Shown here one piece after another: positions 10,605 through 19,412 of a DNA stretch of 64,000 nucleotides; the first letter of the stretch is position 1; each line of letters starts with the position of its first letter. The notes beneath the pieces were generated by a model, which saw only the letters and a program-made list of their open reading frames with translations, made no database searches and was not told the origin of the DNA. Source of the stretch: a virus; IMG/VR virus record IMGVR_UViG_3300022752_000027, positions 59,736 to 123,735 of that record, one strand, 5' to 3'. The translations under genes and the position numbers were made by a program.

Positions 10605-11593
10605 TATTTTGTATTTAAACGTTTTTCTTGCTTCGGTGGTGTCGGTATTTCTACTACAGTCATACTTTCAAAATTACCTCTGAAGAAACTCATTCTGGTA
10701 TCACCATTCCTGCATTTCAGAAAGTGCATTACCATAACTCTTTCATCATCAATAATATATCTTTCAGGACCGTAGTACCGAATCTTGAAATACCCTGGTC
10801 TGTTTAGACCAACAACTACGTCAGCATGCTGAAGCAAAGCATCGGCACCCATAAGATCTGAAGATAAGATATAGTTACCAGCCCTACCATCTTCATTTCT
10901 CTCTGGATTATCAATGTTTCTATTAAGCTGACTTAAAATAATAAATGCAATAGGATATCTTCTCTTAAGTTTTGTAAGAGTTTCTGCAAATTCATAAAGC
11001 ATATCCTGCTTATTCTGTCCATTGCTTACCTTAAGCAGGTACGAATGGTCAAGAGTAATTATCGTATTGACATATCTTGGAATCTCTCCTTCTGCATTAA
11101 TGTGACTTTCCATGTAATCAATGATTACATCTTCAATCTCCTTAACAGTCATCGGAGTTTCTACTACGTCAATAGGATACTTTACTCTAATCTTTGCATA
11201 GTCATAGCATTTTAAAAGAGTTTCATCATCTAGCTGACCATTAGCACTACATAAATCTTTGTATGATCTATTAACCACACTAGAGAATTCACGCAATGCT
11301 GTTACTCTGGAAAGCATCTCGAACTGAAATTCTAATATCCTAAATTCTTCACCTTTATTCAGTACAAATGCACTATTTACAATATTGTCTTTTACTAAAG
11401 TCTTACCTGCACCAGACCTACCTGCGATAACAGTTAGAGTATTCCATTCTATACCGTCGGTAGATGCATCATTAAATTTAGGCCAAGGAGTTCTGATACT
11501 ACGTATCTTACCCTCTTTCCTTCCTTTCATGTATTCTAGTGCCTGGACAAAACCATCTTTCTGCCCTTTCCAAGCATGATTTTTTTCTGCCAT
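10604..11593 (-). CDS. dnaB: DnaB-like replicative helicase
   Basis: AGRSGAGKT, FQFEM, ITLDH, LSQLNR, QHADVV, KCRNG. Confidence 0.9.
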   Translation of the reverse strand: MAEKNHAWKGQKDGFVQALEYMKGRKEGKIRSIRTPWPKFNDASTDGIEWNTLTVIAGRSGAGKTLVKDNIVNSAFVLNKGEEFRILEFQFEMLSRVTALREFSSVVNRSYKDLCSANGQLDDETLLKCYDYAKIRVKYPIDVVETPMTVKEIEDVIIDYMESHINAEGEIPRYVNTIITLDHSYLLKVSNGQNKQDMLYEFAETLTKLKRRYPIAFIILSQLNRNIDNPERNEDGRAGNYILSSDLMGADALLQHADVVVGLNRPGYFKIRYYGPERYIIDDERVMVMHFLKCRNGDTRMSFFRGNFESMTVVEIPTPPKQEKRLNTK

Positions 11594-11628
11594 TATACTG
11601 AAAATGAGATTGTTACCGGACCAGTAAC

Positions 11629-11826
11629 TTAGAATGATTCTAGGACTTTCCGGGATATAAAGCTATAACCTTTACTGAATAATTCCAAGAGAATACTGAT
11701 AAAAATTATTTCCAAAAAACTAATCTGAATGTGCAATATATCGATACTAATTCTCCAGACAATTACATGCAACAAGAGCATGATGGATAACATCATTACT
11801 ACAGCCGCCAACTTTCTATAATTCAT
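11629..11826 (-). CDS. small membrane protein
   Basis: 65 aa with two hydrophobic segments. Confidence 0.5.
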   Translation of the reverse strand: MNYRKLAAVVMMLSIMLLLHVIVWRISIDILHIQISFLEIIFISILLELFSKGYSFISRKVLESF

Positions 11827-12401
11827 ACTACTTTTTCAGATATTGTGGCTTCATCTTCGTAACCACCGTTTAATATAATTTCACAATAGCTTGCCAGATC
11901 AGAGTCTTTAGTCTTATCTGGATTAGTTTTACCTATAAAGTACTGTGAATTTCTCATGTACATAAACTTCTGTTTCTCAAAACTATCCACATAATATGCT
12001 GTAGCTTTAAGTATTGTATCCCAACTGTAATCATAATTTTGGAAGAACCATTTAAATGCCTTTTCAATATCTCTTCTGTTTACTCTTGCAGACTTTCCAC
12101 TGGGTAGTTTACCTCTAGGGAATAATTCCAAATACTGTGCAATAAAATCATCAGATACGATTGGCTTTTCCTCTACTATTTTCTCGTTGAATATGTCTTG
12201 TACCTTAGCTAATACCGTTTTACCATCCTCGGTTAAGGAATACTTTTCATCTAAAAGTTTTGTGGCAATAAGATTCCTCAGTTCTGCATGCGCATTTACT
12301 GACTTTGGCCTACGTTTATTGGCAATACACCATAAGATATGAAAAGCATTAGGAGTTACATCTAACTCATCAAGGATATCGTAAAACTGTTTGATCATCA
12401 T
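11823..12401 (-). CDS. putative replication initiator / helicase-associated protein
   Basis: HTH-like N-terminus, FP...YMRNSQYFI C-terminal domain, upstream of DnaB. Confidence 0.45.
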   Translation of the reverse strand: MMIKQFYDILDELDVTPNAFHILWCIANKRRPKSVNAHAELRNLIATKLLDEKYSLTEDGKTVLAKVQDIFNEKIVEEKPIVSDDFIAQYLELFPRGKLPSGKSARVNRRDIEKAFKWFFQNYDYSWDTILKATAYYVDSFEKQKFMYMRNSQYFIGKTNPDKTKDSDLASYCEIILNGGYEDEATISEKVV

Positions 12402-12687
12402 AGGTAAATCTTCTATCTAATGCATTCTGTGTATAATCAACCTCTCTAGTTCTAAATTTATGGGTAGTATCCAGCTCATTAGCAACCTCAGAAACTATTC
12501 TTTTTGCTGCACCATAATTGATCCCAAATATAGATAGAGCATCATACAATCCTTTTGCCTGTACATATCTTTTATTACTAAAAATTATAAAAGTATACTC
12601 GCCATTATTGACGTTAAGATAACCACGAACAGATATGTATTCAGGAAGGGGTACATACTTTTTAGTAGGTAATTTTTCGGTTTCCAT
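12370..12687 (-). CDS. hypothetical protein
   Basis: 105 aa, overlapping operon packing. Confidence 0.5.
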   Translation of the reverse strand: METEKLPTKKYVPLPEYISVRGYLNVNNGEYTFIIFSNKRYVQAKGLYDALSIFGINYGAAKRIVSEVANELDTTHKFRTREVDYTQNALDRRFTYDDQTVLRYP

Positions 12688-13366
12688 TTTTTTCTAGTTG
12701 GTTATTTATTTTATTCCACAAATCATTGCAATCCCAATCCGTTTGATTAGTATATGCGGCACTAGCAGGATGTGTAGCAAATATCTTATAATGATTATCG
12801 GGTATCATATCAGCATACTCCTGTGCCTTTTTACCGAGAAAAACATAAATAATTCCAGGCTTGTTCCATATAAGATGGTCAATTAATGCTGCCGTGAATG
12901 GCTTCCAAATTAACTGATGAGTACCAGGTTTATTTATAGTTGTGGTTAAGGCACTATTCAACATTAGAATGCCTTGATTAGCCCATTTTTTAAGATCTGT
13001 AGATCTTTCTAATGGTTGGTCAACAGTTCTTTCAATAGAATCATACATGTACTTTAAAGATTTCTCTATTGTACCATGCATGCTACAACTAAAAGCAATA
13101 CCATCAGCTACATTTACCTGAGGATATGGATCCTGACCGATAATAACTACGTTTACAGAATCATAGGGACATTCTTCAAATGCCCTAAATAAATTTTTAA
13201 TTTGTGGTGTCCACTTTTTACCGTTAACTGATTCATTATAAAGGAATTCCAGTATTTTATCAAAGTCTGATGACATTATAAAACTTACGGTTGCTGGACC
13301 CCAACCTGCTGATTTCAATTTTTGAAACAGTTTTTCTTTTATATCTTGTAGGTTTATATCTTTCAT
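12662..13366 (-). CDS. ung: uracil-DNA glycosylase, family 1
   Basis: VVIIGQDPY, GIAFS, WANQGILMLN, HPAS. Confidence 0.93.
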   Translation of the reverse strand: MKDINLQDIKEKLFQKLKSAGWGPATVSFIMSSDFDKILEFLYNESVNGKKWTPQIKNLFRAFEECPYDSVNVVIIGQDPYPQVNVADGIAFSCSMHGTIEKSLKYMYDSIERTVDQPLERSTDLKKWANQGILMLNSALTTTINKPGTHQLIWKPFTAALIDHLIWNKPGIIYVFLGKKAQEYADMIPDNHYKIFATHPASAAYTNQTDWDCNDLWNKINNQLEKNGNRKITY

Positions 13367-13367
13367 C

Positions 13368-13375
13368 TATATTTG
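13368..13375 (+). promoter_or_regulatory. Bacteroidota sigma-A -7 box (TAnnTTTG)
   Basis: TATATTTG 20 nt upstream of the plus-strand ORF at 13395. Confidence 0.55.
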
Positions 13376-13394
13376 TGCATTAAATAAAATCAAC

Positions 13395-13754
13395 ATGTCA
13401 GAAGAAACAGTAACACCAGCAGAAGATCTTAAGCCAGTAAGAGCCGAGGTCTATAAAGAGGATACATCTATCAGTGTAGATATTCCTGTTGCATACGTGA
13501 TGCGCTTTAACCAATTGCTTTTAGAATTTGTTCCATTCAAGGATCAGGAACATTTTACAGAAGTAATGAAGAATATTGGTGAAGGAAAGATTGAAGAACC
13601 GTTTGCATATCATTGCCAAACTATTCTTGCTTTCCTTACTCTTATAGAAACAGCTGCAAGATCACAAGATAAATTACAATGGGTTGAATACGATCCTGCA
13701 ACTCAGACCAAGACAGTAGTTGATGGTCCAGCTAAACAAGACAATGTAGGATAA
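13395..13754 (+). CDS. hypothetical protein, opposite strand to its neighbours
   Basis: 119 aa with its own promoter box and a downstream ACCTACATT/AATGTAGGT hairpin. Confidence 0.65.
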   Translation: MSEETVTPAEDLKPVRAEVYKEDTSISVDIPVAYVMRFNQLLLEFVPFKDQEHFTEVMKNIGEGKIEEPFAYHCQTILAFLTLIETAARSQDKLQWVEYDPATQTKTVVDGPAKQDNVG

Positions 13755-13781
13755 AACCTACATTGTCTGTGTTTTTTGGCT

Positions 13782-14159
13782 TTAATGTAGGTTAAATCCT
13801 ACAATATCACCTATTTCTATAATGGCTTGGATGGCCAGACTCATCTCGTCTTTAGAGCAATCAGCAAAGGATCTGCATTGGCCATCAACACATAGTCCTG
13901 ACCTTACTTTTACTTCATGTTTGACACTCTCAAATGTGTCACCTGTATATGTGGCGACTTCTCTTATGCACTTCATCAGTTTTGATAGCTGTGCATAAGA
14001 TTTGTCTGCTGTAATAACCTCGTAGGTTAAAGAAACAATCTGACCTTCATCAAGATTTTTAATAAATATGTCAAGTTTTGCTAAACTTAGTTCATTTACA
14101 AGTATTAAAGTATTATTCTGCTTTTTTACCTGAATTGTTATTGGAAGCTGGTCTGCCAT
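13782..14159 (-). CDS. NinB/Orf-like recombination protein
   Basis: KSYAQL...IREVATYTG...VKHEVK...SFADCSKDEMSLAI pattern. Confidence 0.55.
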   Translation of the reverse strand: MADQLPITIQVKKQNNTLILVNELSLAKLDIFIKNLDEGQIVSLTYEVITADKSYAQLSKLMKCIREVATYTGDTFESVKHEVKVRSGLCVDGQCRSFADCSKDEMSLAIQAIIEIGDIVGFNLH

Positions 14160-14517
14160 AATTCTTCTTCTTTTTATATGGACCTCGTTTTTTAGTCAAA
14201 CCCTGCTGATTAGTAGCAGGAGTAACTACAGGAGCTGCCTCTGTCCTTACAGACTCTTTTACTTTCTTTGACAACTCGTTAATCTCCTTGTCTTTTTCAC
14301 AAAGACTAACCTCAAACATATTGATTCTTGAATTAGAAGCAATAAGTTTTACATTTAGATTGTTAATCTCTGAAATTTTTGCATTCAATCCTTCCTGTAA
14401 AGAAGCAAGTTTATCCAACATTTTCTTGGATGCCTCTTTCCATTTAAGATCAACGAGAATACCAGTGACTACACCACCACCAATAGCAAATACTAAACAC
14501 GTTAAAAAATGACTCAT
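14113..14517 (-). CDS. membrane-anchored coiled-coil protein with basic tail
   Basis: N-terminal hydrophobic helix, heptad repeats, KKRGPYKKKK. Confidence 0.55.
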   Translation of the reverse strand: MSHFLTCLVFAIGGGVVTGILVDLKWKEASKKMLDKLASLQEGLNAKISEINNLNVKLIASNSRINMFEVSLCEKDKEINELSKKVKESVRTEAAPVVTPATNQQGLTKKRGPYKKKKNYGRPASNNNSGKKAE

Positions 14518-14852
14518 GATTTTTTGTTTTTATAGTTATTAATTAATTTGGTTACTTCTTCCAGATCATAGTATTCCAGTGATCCGGCAGCTTCGCCAAA
14601 GTTACTAAGAACTTTTGTAATTTCTACCATATCCAGCTCAGGAATATCCCAAAAAGTTTTGATCACATGACCATGTTCTTTAAGTATAATATCTAGAAAT
14701 GTATTTAGAATATTCTTTGTTTTGTGCTTATTGAACCAAGGAATCATAGTTGTTTCATCAGCTGCATAGACACATATCTGCAAAAGCATAAGCAAATTAA
14801 CAACTTTCAGTTTATCTTCTTCAGTCATATTAAAAGATGTATCTGATTTCAT
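14514..14852 (-). CDS. hypothetical protein
   Basis: 112 aa, overlapping operon packing. Confidence 0.5.
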   Translation of the reverse strand: MKSDTSFNMTEEDKLKVVNLLMLLQICVYAADETTMIPWFNKHKTKNILNTFLDIILKEHGHVIKTFWDIPELDMVEITKVLSNFGEAAGSLEYYDLEEVTKLINNYKNKKS

Positions 14853-15696
14853 TCCAAGGAATTATTAAACCGTGAAGCATTTTAAATTGGTAGATGTAGT
14901 CGTCTTTTAAGTTGTGCTTATATCGAATATTTTTACCACCGTACTTGGATATCTTATCCTCCTGAATTTCAGGATTCCATAGCAAATTTTCACCAAGTAT
15001 ATTATTTTTTAGATTATACTCGTGTTTATTAGCATTATGCGTAAGAAATATTACTTCAGACTTTACCAAAGGCTTATACACAGGACCAACATACTTATCT
15101 ACTAGCTGAAATAGTGCTGTATACTCTTGTTCCCATCCTTCTGTTACAATTACAGGACTGAAGTTTATATGTACCACCCAACCTTTTTCCATAAAGGGCC
15201 TAATAGCTTTTATTCTATCAATAATTTTACTGGTATTAGGTTCTAGCATATCAGCATAGTTCTGAGGCATAAGACTAAATCTTATTCTCATTTTAGATGC
15301 AGGATAGAGCTTTAATAAATCAGGATTTACATACTTGGTAGCAAAAGAACCATATGCTTTTTCATGATCACGGAAAAATTTAGTAATCTTTTCCATATCA
15401 TAATACTTAGCATGCAATGCTAAATCTTCATTACAACCTATGTCATAAGTAATAAAGAAAGGATGTGTTTGATTAGGCTTTTCTACTTGTGCAAACCAAG
15501 AATGATGGTCTATGGCGGTTAGAATATCTTCTATATTCTTAGCTACTGTTAGACCTTTAGGTTTATGCCTCTTACAATAACAGTAAGAACATTCAAACAA
15601 GCACCCCTGACCAAAACTTGGTGCAATGAAGTCAGTAGATCTACCCGAAGGTCTGATCTGCATAGACTTCCGAGTAACTAATTCTACTTTACTCAT
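14830..15696 (-). CDS. spore photoproduct lyase family radical SAM protein
   Basis: GCLFECSYCY (CxxxCxxC), YDIGCNED, SFATKY, RIRFSLMP, VHINFSPVI, RYIF C-terminus. Confidence 0.85.
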   Translation of the reverse strand: MSKVELVTRKSMQIRPSGRSTDFIAPSFGQGCLFECSYCYCKRHKPKGLTVAKNIEDILTAIDHHSWFAQVEKPNQTHPFFITYDIGCNEDLALHAKYYDMEKITKFFRDHEKAYGSFATKYVNPDLLKLYPASKMRIRFSLMPQNYADMLEPNTSKIIDRIKAIRPFMEKGWVVHINFSPVIVTEGWEQEYTALFQLVDKYVGPVYKPLVKSEVIFLTHNANKHEYNLKNNILGENLLWNPEIQEDKISKYGGKNIRYKHNLKDDYIYQFKMLHGLIIPWNEIRYIF

Positions 15697-15986
15697 AGTA
15701 CTGCTTCTTCTAGTTCTTCTAAAGTAATACTATCTAGAACTTGGTCTAATGGAGCAAACCGGGTAATATTAAAGCTGGGTTCCTGTGTTTTACCAAATAG
15801 ATCTCTAACATTTTTAGAATTTCTAATCTCCATTAATGTAACACCCATCTTATCATGCATATCATAGTATCTCATTTCTCGGATAGTATAAATCTTATCC
15901 TTAATGGGTCTATTAGGAATAATCTCCATTGACCGGGGATCAAAGACATCATTTATACATACTACTTGATCACCTTCTTTAATCAT
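15693..15986 (-). CDS. hypothetical protein
   Basis: 97 aa; GDQVVCI...YTIRE...RFAPL. Confidence 0.55.
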   Translation of the reverse strand: MIKEGDQVVCINDVFDPRSMEIIPNRPIKDKIYTIREMRYYDMHDKMGVTLMEIRNSKNVRDLFGKTQEPSFNITRFAPLDQVLDSITLEELEEAVL

Positions 15987-16197
15987 TGGCTCTTTCTCCT
16001 TCGTTAATTCTTTGGTTAATCATCTGGTAGATCTCATCTACAAGATTCCATTGCTCCTCAGGTAGTTCTCTGTACTTCCAGATTTTCCGGACATCCTCTC
16101 TGATATTATTCAGAGCTTCACGGTATTCCTCACCATTAATAGCATAGCGGAAATCATCTCCATCTTCAGGAAGATTAAACTCTAGTATTGCTTTCAT
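15979..16197 (-). CDS. conserved small phage protein
   Basis: MKAILEFNLPED N-terminus. Confidence 0.6.
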   Translation of the reverse strand: MKAILEFNLPEDGDDFRYAINGEEYREALNNIREDVRKIWKYRELPEEQWNLVDEIYQMINQRINEGERAND

Positions 16198-16238
16198 TTA
16201 TAACAAGTTTATTAAGTTTAGTAAAAAAAGATAAACTC

Positions 16239-16613
16239 TCATTTGTCACCTCTTTTTACAAGTTCAATCAACTTTTTAAGACAGGCAAGTTCTGCTTCTT
16301 CGTATGTAGTATAACTCATATTTCTTTGCTCACCATTAGGAAATATGACCTTAAAAAATTCACCCAAATCTGACATACCAGACTGTATAAAAAATCTAAT
16401 TTTATACTTCTCTCTAAACCATCTAAATGCTTGTTGGTATAGTGGTGCTGAACAATTCCAAGTATCTTCTTTACTATTAGTATAATATTGTTTAATACTC
16501 ATAACTGTAAGTCCAAGCACTCCTTTTTCATCATAGCAACCAAAACAAGGTTCATTAAACCCAAGCCTTTTAAGTTCTAATGCTTCTTGATATGGTACAA
16601 ATTCTTTTTTCAT
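16239..16613 (-). CDS. conserved phage hypothetical protein
   Basis: MKKEFVPY...LGFNEPC...APLYQQAFRWFREK...YEEAELACL; start at 16613 overlaps the upstream stop (ATGA). Confidence 0.65.
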   Translation of the reverse strand: MKKEFVPYQEALELKRLGFNEPCFGCYDEKGVLGLTVMSIKQYYTNSKEDTWNCSAPLYQQAFRWFREKYKIRFFIQSGMSDLGEFFKVIFPNGEQRNMSYTTYEEAELACLKKLIELVKRGDK

Positions 16614-16768
16614 TTTTTTACCTCCCAATAATGTTTACAAGTACCATCTTTTTCAAGTGGTATACCTAAAAAATAAGACTGTCTAAACTCAGATGGAGTA
16701 GCAGTATGTCTGTAACAGGAGTGTTTCAGGGGGCAATCACCCCCTGAACACATTGAAATATCTGGCAT
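16610..16768 (-). CDS. 52 aa Cys-rich phage protein, below ORF-track cutoff
   Basis: Manual translation MPDISMCSGGDCPLKHSCYRHTATPSEFRQSYF...CKHYWEVKK; ATGA coupling to the next gene. Confidence 0.7.
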   Translation of the reverse strand: MPDISMCSGGDCPLKHSCYRHTATPSEFRQSYFLGIPLEKDGTCKHYWEVKK

Positions 16769-16772
16769 ATAC

Positions 16773-17033
16773 TTACCAAGAGGTTACGTTACTTACACAA
16801 AATCTGTCTCCAACATAATTGTTTGTCCAGACATCCTGATCAAAACAGAACTTCTTTTTGTTACCGGAACACTCATTACGAATTTCTAGCCAATAACAAT
16901 TAGTTGCTGAATCAATGCCATCATTAGCAATAACTCCGCAGTTACATTGTTCAGTTGATTCAGGCTCCTCCTTTTTACATGAAGACAAAAAGATAAACAG
17001 CACAGATAGTACTGTAAATAAAACTTTTTTCAT
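16773..17033 (-). CDS. lipoprotein
   Basis: MKK, hydrophobic core, lipobox LSSC; four further Cys. Confidence 0.7.
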   Translation of the reverse strand: MKKVLFTVLSVLFIFLSSCKKEEPESTEQCNCGVIANDGIDSATNCYWLEIRNECSGNKKKFCFDQDVWTNNYVGDRFCVSNVTSW

Positions 17034-17165
17034 AATTGATTAAAATTTATAAGATGAAACTTCTTCTACCTTTAGAACCTTAGTAGTATATCTACCAGAG
17101 ACAGCTTGTTTAATTCGAGTTCCAACCATTCTACTGCTGTTTGCTTTTTCATAATAAGTTATTTA

Positions 17166-17222
17166 ATACCCTAAAGGGTATAATTTTGTTACTTATATAA
17201 AAATTATACCTGATCAGGTATA
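17166..17222. repeat. bipartite palindromic element, copy 1
   Basis: ATACCCTAAAGGGTAT, AT-rich spacer, then perfect palindrome TATACCTGATCAGGTATA (17205-17222). Confidence 0.7.
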
Positions 17223-17280
17223 TTATTCAAAATTTGCATAACCTAGATCCTCCCATACAGGAGGTTTGGTTTCATTAGGA

Positions 17281-17547
17281 TCATTCATCCTTGTTTGATT
17301 TTCCGATACCATTCTTTTTACCCCAATTAATTATTGTTTGCTCTATTAAAAATAATACATCTGGAGCAATTACGTCGTCACAATCTTCTACACAACACAC
17401 ATCTCGAACGTAATATGGCTGAAAATCAGGTGGAACAGGTCCATCTACAATTGTTTTCTCTACTGTAAATATATATTTACGATCTAATTCTATAGTACCT
17501 TCATATACCTCGGTTACACTAACCGGGCTGCTGCCTATCTTGATCAT
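17281..17547 (-). CDS. hypothetical protein
   Basis: 88 aa ORF. Confidence 0.5.
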   Translation of the reverse strand: MIKIGSSPVSVTEVYEGTIELDRKYIFTVEKTIVDGPVPPDFQPYYVRDVCCVEDCDDVIAPDVLFLIEQTIINWGKKNGIGKSNKDE

Positions 17548-17618
17548 TAAAAGATTGTATTAGTTTTTCTTGAATTGACTTACTTACTGGAACATCATCC
17601 CAGTAGATAAAAATTAAA

Positions 17619-18032
17619 TCACTTGAGTCGGTCATAATCTTGTGTATAGCCCCAAAGGACCATAATGCAAGATATGAAATAAATACATGTAAGTGCTAAC
17701 CACATGTCGAATTCTATATATCCGTATCGGCTGTAGTCGGCAATAGAGTTGATGATAGTAACAATCCAACAACCTGCTGCGATTACGTAATATATAGGAC
17801 CATTGAGAAAGTCGTACTTAATGTATTGGAGTATCTTGATTCTGTTATCCATAAAGTTATTGAACTTATAGGATAATGCCCATCCAATGATTAATGCTAT
17901 TCCTATAGCGAATCCAAAATACATAACGTACTTGGAGATCATGCCACCTATCAATGCAAATAATGCAGTAAGGGTTAGGTACATGGTACCATTGCTTATT
18001 GTAGGATGATCATTTACAGGCCTCATTCCCAA
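17619..18032 (-). CDS. membrane protein with about four TM segments
   Basis: Four hydrophobic segments. Confidence 0.6.
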   Translation of the reverse strand: MGMRPVNDHPTISNGTMYLTLTALFALIGGMISKYVMYFGFAIGIALIIGWALSYKFNNFMDNRIKILQYIKYDFLNGPIYYVIAAGCWIVTIINSIADYSRYGYIEFDMWLALTCIYFISCIMVLWGYTQDYDRLK

Positions 18033-18304
18033 ATGATTGCAATGTTATTCTCGTAGGCAATGAAATAAACTGTGTCATCAATATCAATGATTTCACAGTT
18101 AGCTAGTGCGGTACCAATATATACCTGATCTCCTGCCTTTACAGATGTGCATTCATCACCAGTAGCTACTACGTTTAGTTTACTCCATGACTTCATGAAC
18201 TCTGCTTCTAGGTTTGCTTGTACATCTTCTGTAAGGATTACTTGACTCTCAGGTCTTACAGGCTTTTCAATAAGGATTCTCTTTCCTTTTAATTTAAACT
18301 TCAT
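18023..18304 (-). CDS. GroES/Cpn10-like co-chaperonin
   Basis: LKGKRILIE...VVATGDECTSVKAGDQVYI...IIDIDDTVYFIAYENNIAII. Confidence 0.75.
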   Translation of the reverse strand: MKFKLKGKRILIEKPVRPESQVILTEDVQANLEAEFMKSWSKLNVVATGDECTSVKAGDQVYIGTALANCEIIDIDDTVYFIAYENNIAIIWE

Positions 18305-18506
18305 CTTCGTTGGTTTTTGGTTTATTTACTTTGTTCATACCATCTGGTATAAAATGATATCTGCAATAGAACCAGTCTCCGTATTTATCTATTTCAGATT
18401 TAGGGTAACCGTTTTCTATTAGCCATTCTTTTACGTTTACTACATCAGTAGGTATTGATTTTGGAAATCCATATTTCCAACCTGATGGTGGATCAATCAT
18501 TTTCAT
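18294..18506 (-). CDS. conserved small phage protein
   Basis: IDPPSGWKYGFPK...WLIENGYP. Confidence 0.65.
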   Translation of the reverse strand: MKMIDPPSGWKYGFPKSIPTDVVNVKEWLIENGYPKSEIDKYGDWFYCRYHFIPDGMNKVNKPKTNEDEV

Positions 18507-18709
18507 GCGCCATCATCTGAATAGTAATCAGAAAATTCCTCGCCAAAACATTTGCTACAGATAATAGATGTGGTTAACAAATCAAAGTAGATGCTATCTA
18601 CCATGTTCTCATCATCTTCTAATGCAGCTAAGTCTTGTGCACATTTATAGATACTGTCTTTATCGCAGTATCTACATAGACCGGTGCATGTGTCTTCAGT
18701 ATCTAGCAT
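18503..18709 (-). CDS. small Cys-rich acidic protein
   Basis: Several CxxC motifs. Confidence 0.5.
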   Translation of the reverse strand: MLDTEDTCTGLCRYCDKDSIYKCAQDLAALEDDENMVDSIYFDLLTTSIICSKCFGEEFSDYYSDDGA

Positions 18710-19103
18710 TGTTCTTTTCTTTTAATTGTTTTCTATACCAAGTATACACTGTTTCAAATGGTACTCCCATTATTACGGGAAATAAAAAGAAAGCCACAAA
18801 TATACTTAGTATAATCTTAGGAGTAATAAGTAAACCTATTGCTAGAAACAAACAACGCTGCATAAAGAACTGATTCATGTGCCAACGATCAGTTAGGAAT
18901 ACAAGTAATGTTGAGCTAAATGGAAACTTTTCTGGAAATGCTGGCTTGATTATACCGAGGTACCACCAATGACATTTGTATTCTTTTGACAAATCATACT
19001 TACAATGCCAGTCAATTGTTTTCATTTCCTCGTCTGCAAGAGCATCCATCTTTCCTTTAAAGACTCCTGCTGCAATAATTAGTAATAGAATTAGTGTAGT
19101 CAT
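18696..19103 (-). CDS. membrane protein
   Basis: KGKMD...FPFSSTLLVFLTDRWH with hydrophobic segments. Confidence 0.6.
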   Translation of the reverse strand: MTTLILLLIIAAGVFKGKMDALADEEMKTIDWHCKYDLSKEYKCHWWYLGIIKPAFPEKFPFSSTLLVFLTDRWHMNQFFMQRCLFLAIGLLITPKIILSIFVAFFLFPVIMGVPFETVYTWYRKQLKEKNNARY

Positions 19104-19139
19104 GTTTTTAATTTATGTGACCAATATACACTAAATAAT

Positions 19140-19412
19140 CTATATTTGTATTTCAGTAGTTAAATCATTGGCAGTCAGTTGGGTATTGATACTAACCAAC
19201 TCATCTATGCTACCATGCTTTACTGCATATTTACCTTTAGTATGTACAAGATGTGCACACTGTTCTGCTTGAATCATGTTGTGCCTACAGAATGCCATGA
19301 GGCATAGTATTACGTGCTCAAAAGAATTATGATTGTCGTTGTATAATACAATCTTAGGCTGTGACTCTATGTCTTCTAGTAATTCTTCAACGTGTTCTAC
19401 CTGTGTATTCAT
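19140..19412 (-). CDS. clpS: ClpS-like N-degron adaptor
   Basis: IVLYNDNHNSFEHVILCL...QAEQCAHLVHTKGKYAVK. Confidence 0.85.
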   Translation of the reverse strand: MNTQVEHVEELLEDIESQPKIVLYNDNHNSFEHVILCLMAFCRHNMIQAEQCAHLVHTKGKYAVKHGSIDELVSINTQLTANDLTTEIQI

